Below, piece after piece: positions 11,727-23,983 of a stretch of 33,253 nt of DNA (positions are counted from its first letter, which is position 1; each line of letters starts with the position of its first letter). The stretch is from Callorhinchus milii (lineage: Eukaryota). The notes below the pieces were generated by a model. That model was not told the DNA's origin. It ran no database searches and worked only from the letters and a program-made list of their open reading frames with translations. The stretch covers positions 1-33,253 of the forward strand of contig NW_024705582.1 in the NCBI RefSeq assembly GCF_018977255.1. The letters are read 5' to 3'. A program made the translations under genes and the position numbers.

Positions 11727-14700
11727 CCCGACAAGGAGAAGCCAATATGTAAATTATATCCAGAATCAGGAAAGGAATAATATTTGAGGAAGGGAACAAA
11801 ACCAGTCAGAACACATGTACAATGGGTAAACCACCCCCCGGACCGGCCAACCCTACACCTCGCGAGATGAGCCCGGTTCAGCCAATGGCTCATCTGTATC
11901 GGGTTGCGGTCGCGGACCCCGATGTAGGTGTATGCAACCGCCGACGGATGGTTATTTAAATCGAGCCATGCTAGCCTGAGTTCTCATCGCTGCTACGTCC
12001 AGCAAAGGGGGTGCGGAAGATGGCTCGACGGGCCCGACACCTCTTGAAGAAAAGGATCCTCCCGCGGGGCAGGGTTCGGCGATGGCGGCTCCATGTTCCC
12101 CTGCACCCCTTGTCCCGGACTGACTGGCGAAGTCAGTCCCTCTAGGCACCCGGACCCTGCAGGCGGAATAGCAGAACTGTCCTGAGGAAGGACATCAGGT
12201 GATGCGCGCTTCAGCTCATTGGACTTACCGGACCCCCGGCCCTCATGGATTGGGGATGAAGAGCTAACGTGCAGTGGAACAAAACGTTTCAGTCGTGACA
12301 GGTACACAAATCAGCGACGACGACCATATTGGATCCGCACACACTGTGGACTCTGCACCTCCACCACCTCTACAGATCCCTGCCATGGCTTGTTCAGTTT
12401 GGGCAAGGTGCCCAGTGGGACATGAGGGCAATGGAGCCACGCCCTGTCTCCCTTCGCCCATACCCTTGTGGGCCGGCGAGGCCTGACCAGACGTTCGTTG
12501 GCCGAGTTTCCCCGGGATGCCTCCCTAGCCTCCTCCAACACTGTAGGACCATGCGCATAGGGTTCGAAATCCGAGTACATTTTCCCAGGGGCTTCAGTTG
12601 TACGTCGATTGGCGGGTCACGCTCCCTCCCATACATTAAAAAGAATGGGGAAAACCCCATAGAAGCGTGCGGGGCAGAACTGTATGCCGCGAGGATGCTC
12701 GGAACGTGCAAATCCCAATCAGACTGGGTTGCGTTAACACGTTGACACAACATGGACGACAGGGTCCTGTGTAACCTCTCGACCATGCCATCTGTCTGGG
12801 GGTGATAAGGTGATGCACGTACCTTCTTGATACCCAAATGATTGCACACTTCCTGCAGTAGTTTCGAGGAAAAATATTTTCCTTGGTTCATCAAGAGACG
12901 TTCCGGGGTGCCTTTATCTAGCACATAGCCATGAAGGAACGCGGTAGTGATGGCCTCCGCCAATTGGTTCGGTAACGGCCAAGCCATAGGCCAACGCGAC
13001 AAATACTCCATCCATACCTATAAATATTTATTTCCCCTTGGGGTGGTGGGAAACGGACCGAGGACATCGAGTGCGACGAGTTCATTCACCAGAGAAACGC
13101 ATATGGATTTTAGCGGCGGATGATAGTTCTCGGTGGAGATTTCCGGTGCGCGCAATCCATGCACCCTTGCAGCACATTATAAACATCATCAGCCATGCCC
13201 GGCCAGAAGAACTGCAGTTTCAGGGTAGCCAACGTTTTCCGGACACCTAGGTGCATCAGCCGCTCGTGCTCTGCCCTTATGACCTTTTCCTGTAGAACAG
13301 ATGGTACCACCAGGGCATAACGCTGGGATTTCCTCATCCCATTTCATTAACAACCCCCATCTAAGGTGACGATGCAACCCCTTGACCCTTACCCCGACCT
13401 CCAGCCTTACTGATACGGTGCCACAGCTTAAGCAGCGAAGCAATCTCCATCTGGAGTTGGTCCCATTCCTCCTGCGTGAGACCAGCGTTCTATCACGCAC
13501 ATAACTTGTGTCCTGTGGCAACCCATTATCGGAAGCTGCCATGGCCTGCAGGACTTGACCCCCTCCCGGGGTTTGCAGCGACCCGCTCCAGAAAAGCATG
13601 CACAAGCGTTGTGAGGCGGCAACCTAGAGAGTCCGTTTGCGTTGTTATGACAGACGCCCTTCCTATACGAGATTATAAAGGTATAGTCTTGCAAGATCTT
13701 TAGCCATCAAGTTGTCTGGATGGTTGTTCTATGCGCAATGCATACTGGAGGACTGTGTGGTCCGACTGCACCTCAAACGCCCTCCCATAGAGGTACGGAC
13801 GATACATTTGGACGAAGTAGACGATGGCCAATAATTCTCGCCATGTCACGCAGTACCGCTGTTCCACAGGGGACAGTACCCGACTCACATAGGCCACGAC
13901 CCTCTCCACTTCGTCCACCACCTGGGACAGTACAGCGCCAATTCCTGTGTTGCTGGCGTCCATGTCGAGGAGAAAGGGCCGCGAGAAGTCCGGATAACAG
14001 AGGGGAGGTGCATTGACCAACCCCTTCTACACGGCAGTAAAAGCAGCTTCCTCCTCCATCCCGCAGTGAAATTTCCGGCTTTGGCGGTAAGGACATGCAA
14101 CGGTTTTGCGATAGTGGCAAAGCCGGGCACAAATCGATGGTAATAGGAGGAAAACCCGACAAAGCTTCGCACTTCACCCACCATCTTGGGGTTGGCCATG
14201 TACGCACACACAACGTTTTGTCGGGGTCCGTCGCTATTCACTTACAATGTGACCCAAATATTTGACTGAGCGCTGTAGGAAATTACATTTTTTGGGCTTA
14301 AATTTCAAGTTAGCTGCCCGCATCTTAAGAAAGACAGCCCTCAACCGTTGCAGGTGTTCCTCGAACATACGTCAAAAGACAATGACGTCATCGAGATAAA
14401 TGAGACACGAGTCCCACTGGAGTCCCACCAAAACCAATTCCATAAGCCGCTGAAAAGTAGCAGGGCTGGAGTGGAGCCCCATGGGGAGCCAATTGAACTC
14501 AAACAACCCCTGGGAGGTACGAAATGCCATCTTAGGTTTTGAGCTTTCGTCTAGGGGCAACTGCCAAAAGCCGGAAAGCAAATCAAGGGTTGAAAACAAC
14601 CGTGCCCCCGACAGAGCATCCAAGGCATCATCCATCCATGGGAGTGGGTAAGCGTTGGCAACCGAGACCTTGTTCAACCTCCGGAAATCCACACAGAAAC

Positions 14701-15234
14701 GTAAAGAGTCATCCTGTTTTTTTACAAGGACAATCGGCGCGCCCCATGGACTAGTGGAAGGCGCGATAATATCTGGCGAACATGCTCTTTCTCCATTGGG
14801 CTCAGCCTATACGAGTTCATCCGGATGGGGGCCGCATTGCCCGTCTCAATATGATGGTGCCCCAAGGGCGTGCGGCCAATGTCGTATTTAGATTTACTGA
14901 AGATGTCCGAGAATTTAAGAAGGAGAGCACGTAATACAGACCTCTGATCCTCGGACAGATCAGGGCTCTCGTCGCACAGAGCGTCCACCCACGCATCATC
15001 GCAGCTCTCCCTCTGCTCCGCAGCTGCGACTAACCTTGCGGAGATCAATCCCACGGCCTGTTCATCTGTTGGCGAAGCATGAGCCAGAACCGTGCCCGCC
15101 TGCATGACTGTGGGTCCCAGACCCGTGTTCAAAATTTGAATAAAGGGTAGCTGTTTTGAAGTTTTTGTGACTGCAGGGATCCATACTTTTGGTTCTTCAG
15201 TAAATCACGTAGGTATAAATAAAATAAATCAAAT

Positions 15235-15275
15235 CACGACGTTTCGATTGCAACACAAGCAATCATCATCAGGTG
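15235..15275 (-). ncRNA. Minimal type-I hammerhead ribozyme motif
   Basis: Minus: cac CTGATGA t gattgc-ttgtgtt-gcaatc GAAAC GTC gtg; stem I cac/gtg. Confidence 0.8.
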
Positions 15276-15385
15276 GGAAAACCACAGCAAGAATTTTTTT
15301 TGCTGAAGTGGGAGAGAGTTGTTGTGGTAAGAGGTTATACAGGCAAGAAAGGGGGGAGAGGGAGGGTGGGGGTGTGGGGTTTTCC

Positions 15386-15423
15386 CACCTGATGATTGCT
15401 TGTATTGCAATCGAAACGTCGTG
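15386..15423 (+). ncRNA. Degenerate hammerhead motif (3-nt deletion at the core/stem II junction)
   Basis: cac CTGATGA ttgc-ttgtatt-gcaatc GAAAC GTC gtg; lacks one tga relative to its inverted twin. Confidence 0.55.
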
Positions 15424-16039
15424 ATATAATTTATTTTATTTTATACCTACATGACTTTACCGAAAGAACAAATACGTATGAAAGGGATGCTGGTCGTCCC
15501 TGACGATCGTCAGAGCCCTCACCAACATCAGGCGTTGACTGACTTTGTTGGCTGGTGTTAAAAAAAAACACCGCCTGAGTGGCGTTCCAATCAAGTTGCA
15601 TCCTGAGACGCAAGTGCACAGCATTTGCGCTCCAGGAGGGATCGAAACGTCTCCCGCACGAAGGCCAGAATAACAGTGTTAGCCTTCACCTGCCGAGTCG
15701 GCCCCAGAAAATCCGTACCTAACAGGCAAGGTACGGCCAGCAATTTTGAAACTAGTACCGTGCCGGATAATTGAATGTCAGCAATGGTCACAGTCGCCGT
15801 TATTTGCCCCTTTATGCCGAACGATCTGCCGTTGGCCACGCAACATGGTACCTCGACTAGACGGAGGATAGCCAATTTAGGCGGCAAGCAATAAAAAATC
15901 ATTTCGGATATGATAGTGGCGGATGTCCCCGTATCAATTAACATCCACACCTCCATGCCCTGCATGGTGCCATTGATAGCCGATGAGGCCGCGGCCACGG
16001 ACACAATACGTTGGCCTAATACCGACCATTGACCGGGTC

Positions 16040-17134
16040 GTCATGGCCACCTGTCCATACCTCAACCTTACATTCCGCATTTGAAGCATACGGCGGGGGA
16101 CAATCCCGTTCCAGAGTAGGCCTTCGTCCACGGATCCCGGTCATCCCTTGATCCCCTCCCATTCCTCCTCCAACTGCTGGCGTCGAGTGACGCGAAGGCC
16201 AGAGATGACTCGACCTCGTCGGTGGCCATCTCTTCCTCGGCAGGAGCCACGTGGAGGCATCTCGCGACCTTAAATGATGTCAAGTCGCCGTCATCGGAGG
16301 CTGGCAGCACAACGTTGAGATCCCAGGCTAGGCCAAGCATGCGATCCAACACCAGAGCGTCCAAGCCGTCCTTGTTCATCTTCGGATACACAGCCTGGGC
16401 CAAGGAGATGAGCGAGCTCCGAAAAACCAGAGGCGTCTCCGCCTTCTCACGTTGCCTCATAGCATACTTATGGTGCGTGCTGGAAGGCGGATCAAAATCC
16501 CCGCCATCTGCGTAAGAGCTTGTTGTAGCGTCGCCCAATCTTCCACTGAGATGGAGAAAAATGCCCCCAAGGCGGCGTCATCTAGGGCCGTAGGAAGAGC
16601 CTGTAACGCCTCCCTGTCTGTCTATCTTACAAGTTGCTGTGAAGCGGTGGCTGAAAGCCACCCAGTCGCCCCCAGCAGTATAGAATTATTTAACCAAGGG
16701 AAGACGTTTCTTCAGACCAGGCCCCTCCATGAGAAGTTTTGGCGCGGCGCCTGAAATGACAGCAACGCCTTCCCGTGCCGCTCAAAATGGCGGCCGCCTG
16801 CGCGGCAGACTTTCCAACATGCTTCTTGCATGCGGCATGTGGTAATGGCGGACTCTTCGGCCCTTGGCTCCGATCCTCTAGCTCGATCAGCCTACTCCCC
16901 CAGCTCCAACTCCGCAACGACACCGCTGCTGCGGAGAGTAAGTCAGCCAGCCATTGACCACGCACCATCTGTCTCTTCCCGTTGCAGGCGGCATTGCGAG
17001 GTCGTGGTCCAGGCGCTGCTCCGCAGGCCCCAACCCTCTCGGTCCACACTAGGGGCCGCTTCTCCCGAAGCCATCTGTGGGATCACCTTTTCTTCGTCTT
17101 CCTCCTCGAGGAAGTCCTGGTAGGTTGACATCAT
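16040..17134 (-). pseudogene. G1 gag, disrupted
   Basis: Starts just downstream of the PBS; capsid-like RQREKAETPLVFRSSLISLAQAVYP and a broken Zn-knuckle (CFKCG). Confidence 0.7.
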
Positions 17135-17171
17135 CTAGTAAGCATTTCCACCCTAGTTTAACCAGTAGTTT

Positions 17172-17185
17172 CACTTCTGACACCA
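17172..17185 (-). promoter_or_regulatory. Primer-binding site of G1, tRNA-Leu(CAA)-like
   Basis: Minus TGGTGTCAGAAGTG, 2 nt after the LTR end; complementary to the vertebrate tRNA-Leu(CAA) 3' end (...CACTTCTGACACCA, from memory). Confidence 0.8.
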
Positions 17186-17187
17186 GA

Positions 17188-17627
17188 TGTAGTGTGTAGG
17201 ACAAGGCACAAGCAGAGATCTGGAGGCACCACAATTTATTATAACTTCTAGACTAGAGATAACACAACACTAGAACACAACACTTGGGGAATTACGCTAG
17301 ACCCTTGGAAGGGGTCCCCTTATCGCTCAACCCCCGATAGCCGATTCCCCGGCTCCCCGCGCCGCCTCACCGATCGCTTCCCGCGCTGGACTGAGTCCTC
17401 CGCCCCAGTTCCTCTTCCCTCCCCCGAGCCTGGCCTTGTGCCACCCCGGCCACACCTCCTGCTCGTCTCTTGAAAGGAACAGAAGCCAGCGTCACATGTC
17501 CTCGGCCCCTACATATGGGCCCCCTTAACTCTCCTGAGCCGGCACATTCCCTCTCTCTCTTCCCGATGGGGCCCGCAAGCAGGGCCCGCTTCCTCAACGT
17601 CTCCGTGGGTACGTGCCTTCACTCACA
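17188..17627 (-). repeat. G1 5' LTR
   Basis: TGT...ACA termini on the minus strand, AATAAA ~50 nt from its 3' end, directly followed by the PBS; outer boundary less certain. Confidence 0.75.
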
Positions 17628-18070
17628 AAAAACTGTGGGTACTTACAGCATACACCCTGTAGGGATGCTACTTATGTCCCTAACATACAGTAAAGCTATC
17701 GTGAAATGATCAACTTACATTGATATATAAATGCCGAGAGAAGAAACAAAGTTTCTGTAAGGGTGAGTTTAATTTAGGTTAATAAAAAAGTAGCTTGCCA
17801 ATTTCTCCATTTAAAGTATCAGTAATTAAACCACAGCTATATTTTAAAAGGGAATGACGTTAGTGCTTTAGTGCTTCATCTTAAATACGACAATAGCAAT
17901 AAACTGCTAATGAAGCACGTCTTACATTGGATATTGTGAAACACTTATTTTTGTTTCTCCATCAAAATCAAATTAACATAATCTTTTTAGATTTGTGTTG
18001 CTTATGAGACAACTGTTGAACAGGAATATTACATTGGCATGTTTGCAACTTGCTCACAGTTTTGCAGTCG

Positions 18071-18301
18071 CATACCTGTCAACCTATACGGTTTACCTGT
18101 ATTCTTGAAAAGGGAAATTGAGTTTTCAGGTCCATATGGCATACAGCCATTTCAATATATTTGTTTTCTATTTGTTGTGTTTCTCCCTTGCGATGGGACT
18201 TTGTAGGATTAACGTTGAGATTTATAAAGGCACGGGGTGTCCAATAACATCTGAATTGGCCTGTAATAAGAAAGGGCACTGATAAGGGGTTGACAGATAT
18301 A
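18071..18301. mobile_element. MITE with ~14-bp TIRs and 6-bp TSD
   Basis: catacctgtcaacc (18071-18084) versus ggttgacagatata (18288-18301); flanks cagtcg / cagtca. Confidence 0.6.
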
Positions 18302-18891
18302 CAGTCATCATATTCATGTGGGTGATCATGAAATACAATTAAGTGCCTGAGTTTGAGTCCTGGCTCAAACTGAATTGTCAATAAGGAGACGAATTTAGGA
18401 ATGGGCACGTTGCAACAGCTGCACAGGACCAGGGACATCGGAAATTCGTTTTTTGCACTCCCCTGGGGGCTTATTTACAGACATGTGCCAAGTGAAACAT
18501 ATTTCAACCCTGCGGCAGCTTGTGCTTGTAGTGATGTGATTTTGTCTATACATGTGAGAGCTCATGACATTGGAAGAGGGACGGTAGTTTCGTTTGCCAG
18601 AGTGACCTGGTCTTGCAAAGACTCATCCATATCAGGTTTCACAGTAGGGTCCGTATCATGTTTCACAGTATGCTGCTAATCTGGAGCATTAATTGTTTTA
18701 TTTAAGGATGAACAGTTATGCATGTGACTTGCATTACTTTTATTTGTGAATGTTCTGTAATTAGATTGGGCGCTTGGCAATGGAGTGCATGGGAACCTCC
18801 AATAGACTCTCTGATCAGGATGATCAACGTCCAATTTATACAAATTTCATTCAATATCAATAGCCAAGCTCATCATTATCACTCTTACTAT

Positions 18892-19363
18892 TGTAATAAA
18901 GGACTCTTTCACTGTGTCTGTCTCCGTTGTCCTTTATTTGGGTTCTTACAACTTCGCCCCGCACGGCCCTCGCTCAGAGCCTTCTCCACCTCCCGCTCGG
19001 CAGCCCTTCTGCTGCCGTCGCTCACGTAGCCTTTTCTCCTGGCTCCCGATGCAGCTCCGCTGCTGGCTTTCCTCTCAGCCTTCCGCCCTTATGCAGTCTC
19101 TCGGCTGCTCTCTCTGCAGCCCCACCGCTGCTCTCCGTCTCCCCCGTGCCCGGACACCGCTGGCCAACGGTGCCGAGTCCCGTCCTGTGGTGATCACGCC
19201 ACTTTCCACTCCTGCCCTGCGTGGCCTCCTCCCGTCTTTATTCTTACACTCTCCTCCCGTCTCTTCCGGTTCCCGCCCTTAAGAGCTTTCCCTTCTCCCC
19301 CACGTGACCTAACTCCTCCCCCCGTTACGTCATATCCGCGAGGCCGTTTACGCCCGCATTACA
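18892..19363 (-). repeat. G2 3' LTR
   Basis: TGTAAT...ATTACA termini, minus-strand AATAAA near 18932-18937, preceded by PPT GGGGGAGGGTGG (19364-19375). Confidence 0.85.
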
Positions 19364-19506
19364 CCACCCTCCCCCGTGGAGAAAATTCCAGCCGTCCTCG
19401 GCTGAACAACAACAAGTAATGCGAGCGACCACCAACCATCAGACATGAACGGACAACGGAGCATACAATAAATATACAATAATAACAAGAACAAGAACAA
19501 CATTAA

Positions 19507-22023
19507 TCAACGAAAAGTAAGGGACTTCGACCGCGTGCGGGTCGCCGGCCCGTCCCGGACGAGCGGCGGCCCCCCTGCAGACCGAGAACGTGACGGGGTT
19601 TTAGGAGCGACAGGATCAAAACTGCCTGTCGCTATTGGAGGCCCGCCAACGCCACGGTCCCGTTTCCCCGAAGGACCAGAGTCCGGGGTGTCCCGCAATC
19701 GTGTCTGTGGCGGGGTCGGAAGGGCGGCGGGGCCCGGTGTCCCCGCAGCCGTGGTAGGCCCACCCAGAGCAGAGTCCCCTGTCTCCTGCGGTGTCACGGC
19801 CGGTTTGTCTGTAAAGGCACGACAGGCGCTCTTGCAGGGTCAACAGGCACAGGCAAGGGTGCGTCGGCAGCAACAGACACCGGCAAGGCAACATCAGGAG
19901 ATGACGCATCCGTTCGAGGGGCCACGTATGGTTTCAAGCGAGACGTATGGACGTACCAGCGCCGAGATCCGAACCGAACGCGTGCGGACTGCGGGTTGGG
20001 AACCTCGATGAGCCTAACAGGCCCTTGCCATGGTTTATGTAATTTAGGGGAGGTCCCTGGCCGCACCTGCGGGCAATGCAGCCAGGCCATGTCCCCCACC
20101 TTCCAGGGGCACTTCCCCTTTGAGCGTCGAGCGCACCGTTCGTTCCGGGCCTGGGCTTTGGCCGTAGCCATGCGGGCCCCTCCCGCGCCTCAGTGACGCG
20201 GCGAACGGTGTCCTGAATGTAATCAGGAAGAGGCTTAGTAGGTCCCCTCACTCCTGTTCCCAACTGCACATCCATCGGCGGCACGTTTTCGCGACCGTAC
20301 ATAAGAAAAAACGGCGAATATCCTGTAGACGCATGAGGCGTCATCCGGTATGCCGAGAGTACCCCAGGGATATGCAAATCCCAATCCGCTTGTTTTTCAT
20401 TAACCGTGTGACACAGCATGGCGGACAGAGTCCGATTCAGCCGTTCAACCATGCCACCCGTTGGGGTAGGGAGATGTCCGGATCTTTTTAGTTCCCAGAG
20501 CCGCGCACACTCCCCCAACAATTTGAAGAAAAATTTCGGCCCTGATCCGTGAGGAGCCTCTCCGGCGCCCCCTTGTCCATAACGTACCCGAATAGAAAGG
20601 CGTCCGTAATGGACGCCGCCGACTGGTCGGGCAAGGGCCAGGCCATCGGCCAGCGGGAGAGGTACTCCACCCCAACTAGCAAGTATTTATTCCCTTAGCG
20701 GATGGCGGGAAGGGTCCCAAAATATCCAACGCCACCAACTCGTTAACTCGAGACACTTGAATAGACTGTATTGGCGGCACATATGGGTGTTTAGGCGGCT
20801 TCCGCCGGGCACATCGGGACACGCGCGAACGTGCCCGACGACATCCGTCGTCATGCCGTGCCAAAAGTAATCTCGCTGCAACGTCAATAGGGTCTTCTGC
20901 ACCCCCAGATGTAACAGCGTGTCGCAATGCAGAGTCCTAATCAATTCGTACCGCAAGACGCCGGTACAACAAGACGCCAGCGTTCCTGTAACCCTCCCTC
21001 CACATCAGCAGTCCATCGCAGAGAGCGGTTCCCGGCGTTCCCTCCGGAACCGGTCCCCCACTCCCTTCGCAGCCCGACTTCGCAGGGTCCCCAATGAGTC
21101 ATCCAGCATTTGTTCACGAATCCATACAGCCCGTGGAAGGTTCAAAATCCCATCGGCCGGTCCCGGCCACACTGGAGCCTCAGGCACCTCGACCGCCAAT
21201 GCAACAGGCCGAGGGGGCTGCTGGATCGGCGTACACCTATGCGTCCCCGACGCGCACGCGCAAGGGGATCGCTGCGGCAACCTAGAGAGCGCGTCCGCAT
21301 TCGCGTGACGCACCCCTTCCGATGTTGAATTTGGAAGGAAAACTCCTGCAGCATGTCCAACCATCGCGCCAACTGGCCAGATGGTTGGTCCACCTTCAGG
21401 GCATATTGCAAAGCCGCATGATCCGTGCGCACAATAAACGAACGGCCGTAGAGATACGGTCGAAATTGGCGGAGAAAATAGACAATAGCCAAAAGTTCCC
21501 GGCGAGTGACGCAGTAGCGGGTTTCGGCGGGGGACAAACCCAGCTACCGTACGCCACCACGCGTTCCACACCGCCTTTGGACTGTGACAGCACGGCCCCA
21601 ATGCCCGTGTCACTCGCGTCTGTATCCAGAATGAAGGGGTGATCAAAATCGGATAGTCCAATGTCGGCGCCGTAGCCAACCGATCGCGCAGGCCTTTAAA
21701 CGCCGCCTCCTCCGGTGGTCCCCAATCAAATTTCCGTCCTTTACCCGTAAGAAGGTGCAGAGGCCTCGCGATCGTTGCAAAATTGGGAACAAACCTACGA
21801 TAATATGAGGCAAACCCCAAAAACGACGCACATCCCCCACCGTGGCCGGGGTTGGCCAGTCACGGACGCACGCCGTCTTGTCCGGATCCGTGGCAACCCC
21901 GTCCGCACTGACTATATGTCCCAAATAGCGCACGGACCGTTGCAGTAGGTGACATTTCTTAGGTTTAAATTTCAGATTGGCGGAGCGCATCCTGGCGAAC
22001 ACCCCCTCCAACCTCAGTAAATG
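19507..22023 (-). pseudogene. G2 pol (partial RT, RNase H, integrase), frameshifted
   Basis: LKFKPKKCHLLQRSVRYLGHIVS; GFASYYRRFVPNFA; YCVTRRELLAIV..TDH; HANADALSR; VALDILGP; GMVERLNRTL; KLHKPWQGP. Confidence 0.9.
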
Positions 22024-22512
22024 TGTAGTGACATAAGAAGGGAGGGGCTGCTGTAGGCTCTGGGTTCCCAGGTGGGTCCAGACGCGTAATCCCCTGGGCG
22101 CCAGGCGCTGGGTTCCCAGGGGGTCCAGACGCTTAAGCCTCTGGGCGCCGCCAACGGGGGGGGCTGTGTGTGCTCTGTGGGATGTCTGGTGGCGCACACG
22201 GCCCCACCCCTCGTTGGGGACTGGGCATATAACCGGAGCTCCCTGGACGATCGGGCCCAGTTGTAACTCAAGACCCAAGACCCACGACCAGCCATCTGAA
22301 GACCCTGGGATGCTGTGAGAGCCAGCGCTGGGACTCTGGAACTCCCGACTCTACGACCTTGTGAGGGCGAGCGTAGCCAGAGTAGAGTATCTAGAGTATC
22401 TAGGCTGTGTAGCTAGGCTGTGTACCTAGGCTGTAACAGAGTATCAGGACTGTTGGAGTGTTGTATTGTAATAAAGAAGTTACATCTACAAGTGTCTCCG
22501 GAACCTGTTACA
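22024..22512 (+). repeat. G3 5' LTR (489 bp)
   Basis: Matches 25117-25604 apart from an 8-bp deletion and a 9-bp duplication; AATAAA near its end. Confidence 0.95.
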
Positions 22513-22514
22513 TT

Positions 22515-22529
22515 TGGTGTTAGAAGTGG
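22515..22529 (+). promoter_or_regulatory. Primer-binding site of G3, tRNA-Leu(CAA)-like
   Basis: TGGTGTTAGAAGTGG, one C>T change relative to the G1 PBS. Confidence 0.75.
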
Positions 22530-22531
22530 CT

Positions 22532-23074
22532 ATGGAGACAAGAAGTAAGCCACGTACCTTCAGTCCTGACGGCGATGAAGAGGAGCAGGCAGCGATGGGG
22601 CGGCCAACGCCGGCCGACAGCGACGCTGCACCGCCGGCCGACAACAACGCCGCACCGCCGGCTGAGCAGCTGTCTGCTCCGCCGACCGTCCCCTCTCCAG
22701 CGTCGGGAGCAGAGATGGAGGAGGCGCTGCTTCGCCTCGCAGAGCTGCTCTGCGCCACCGCCTCCCTCCTGGGCGAGCTGCGGTGCTCGCGGCCGATGGC
22801 GGGAGGGAGAGAGGAGGCGCGGCGCTCGCCCGAGCCCAACGCCGCCGCCATTCCCCCCACGGATGTGAGGGACACTTCCGGGTGTGTCGTCACTTCCACC
22901 AGAGGAGCAGTGACCGCTGGGAGCGACGTCACTTCCGGGCCCAGCGTGTGCCAACCCGACGACGCCGCGTCATCAGCGCTGCGTCCCTCACCGCCGGGTG
23001 ACAGCTGTTGGCAACCTAGCACAGCGCGTCATCAGCGCTGCGACCGGACAGTGAGGGCGCCATTCTTACTGTAA
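22532..23074 (+). pseudogene. Probable gag N-terminal remnant of G3 (Ala/Pro-rich, ~180 aa)
   Basis: ATG immediately after the PBS (METRSKP...); EEALLRLAELL resembles the same region of G1 gag; stops before any capsid or knuckle motif. Confidence 0.5.
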
Positions 23075-23532
23075 CCAGCGCCGGGGCCGGCACATGGACC
23101 GACTCGCTGCTCGCCGCCTTTGCTGCTCTGGCCAAAGGTTGGAGGTCGGGAGACCAGGCCCCTGACACTTCGTACATTTTACGCGCTCCGGATTAATGAT
23201 TTTTTTGTTGATATTTTCTTCGTTGTCGTCGGGGAGTCGTGACTGTTGTTGGGTAAACTGTGTGGAGCTTCGCCCGTGAGTGTTGTCAATGTGTGTGCGA
23301 AACTTTGCTTGTGATTGTTAACAATGTATGGTTTATATTGAGCTTTGTTCGTGATTGTTAATGTATAGCTTGTGCTGTCATTGTTAACGATGTATATACT
23401 GTATGGGGCATTTATCTTGAGATGGTGACATGCTGCCAAGGATTTGGAATTGTCATGCTGGCTCTCAAATATCTTGGGGTGCAGATCCTGACCAGGATGT
23501 CCCAGCGGGTGTTGCGTGTCTAACACGAGAGT

Positions 23533-23820
23533 TGTGGTCCCGTCATGCTATGGCTGACGGCTTGACCTGACAGCCCGGAGATAGACACTCCGTGGCATGT
23601 CTAGCCTAGTGGGCTGTGTGCTCACATGGCTCGGAGAGTGTGGTCCCGTCATGCTATGGCTGACGGCTTGACCTGACAGCCCGGAGATTGAAACACTCCG
23701 TGGCATGTCTAGCCTAGTGGGCTGTGCGCTCACATGGCTCGGAGAGTGTGGTCCCGTCATGGAATAGCTGACGGCTTGACCTGACGGCCCGGAGGTTGAG
23801 ACCCTCCGTGGTACGTCTGG
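23533..23820 (+). repeat. Tandem repeat, 106-108-bp unit, ~2.7 copies
   Basis: Unit starts tgtggtcccgtcatg at 23533, 23639 and 23747. Confidence 0.9.
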
Positions 23821-23983
23821 AGCAGTAGGCTCACCCTGACGGCCCGGAGATTGAAACACTCCGAGGCGCGTTGAAACAGTGGGCTGGAGATTCGTGGTGT
23901 TCAGGTGTAGTTGTCCCGTTACGTTGGGACTGTATCCCTCAGTTGTTAGGGTGCATGTTGTGCAGGGAGTGAACAATGGGTCG

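Larger units (their letters stand above)
15154..15480. mobile_element. Penelope inverted pLTR cassette (family A) inserted in G1 pol
   Basis: Inverted arms ~15160-15283 and ~15378-15473; degenerate TSD aaagggtagctg (15142-15153) / aaagggatgctg (15481-15492); pol-like sequence resumes on both sides. Confidence 0.8.
12260..16004 (-). pseudogene. G1 pol (PR-RT-RH-IN), disrupted
   Basis: ORF fragments 15591-16004, 14722-15132, 14372-14692, 13885-14241, 13700-14020, 13110-13337, 12394-13011. Confidence 0.9.
11727..17627 (-). mobile_element. Ty3/Gypsy LTR retrotransposon G1, decayed; 5' LTR and PBS present, PPT and 3' LTR missing
   Basis: Domain order gag - protease (LIDTGTSATII) - RT (GLFEFNWLPMGL, YLDDVIVF) - RNase H (DASNTGIGAVLSQ, RELLAIV) - integrase (HLGVRKT..CMDC, SPYHPQTDGMVER); many stops and frameshifts. 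Confidence 0.93.

Noticed and set aside
22014..22295. Duplicated ORFs (also 24918-25388)
   Set aside because: Antisense translations of the two G3 LTRs, not a duplicated gene.
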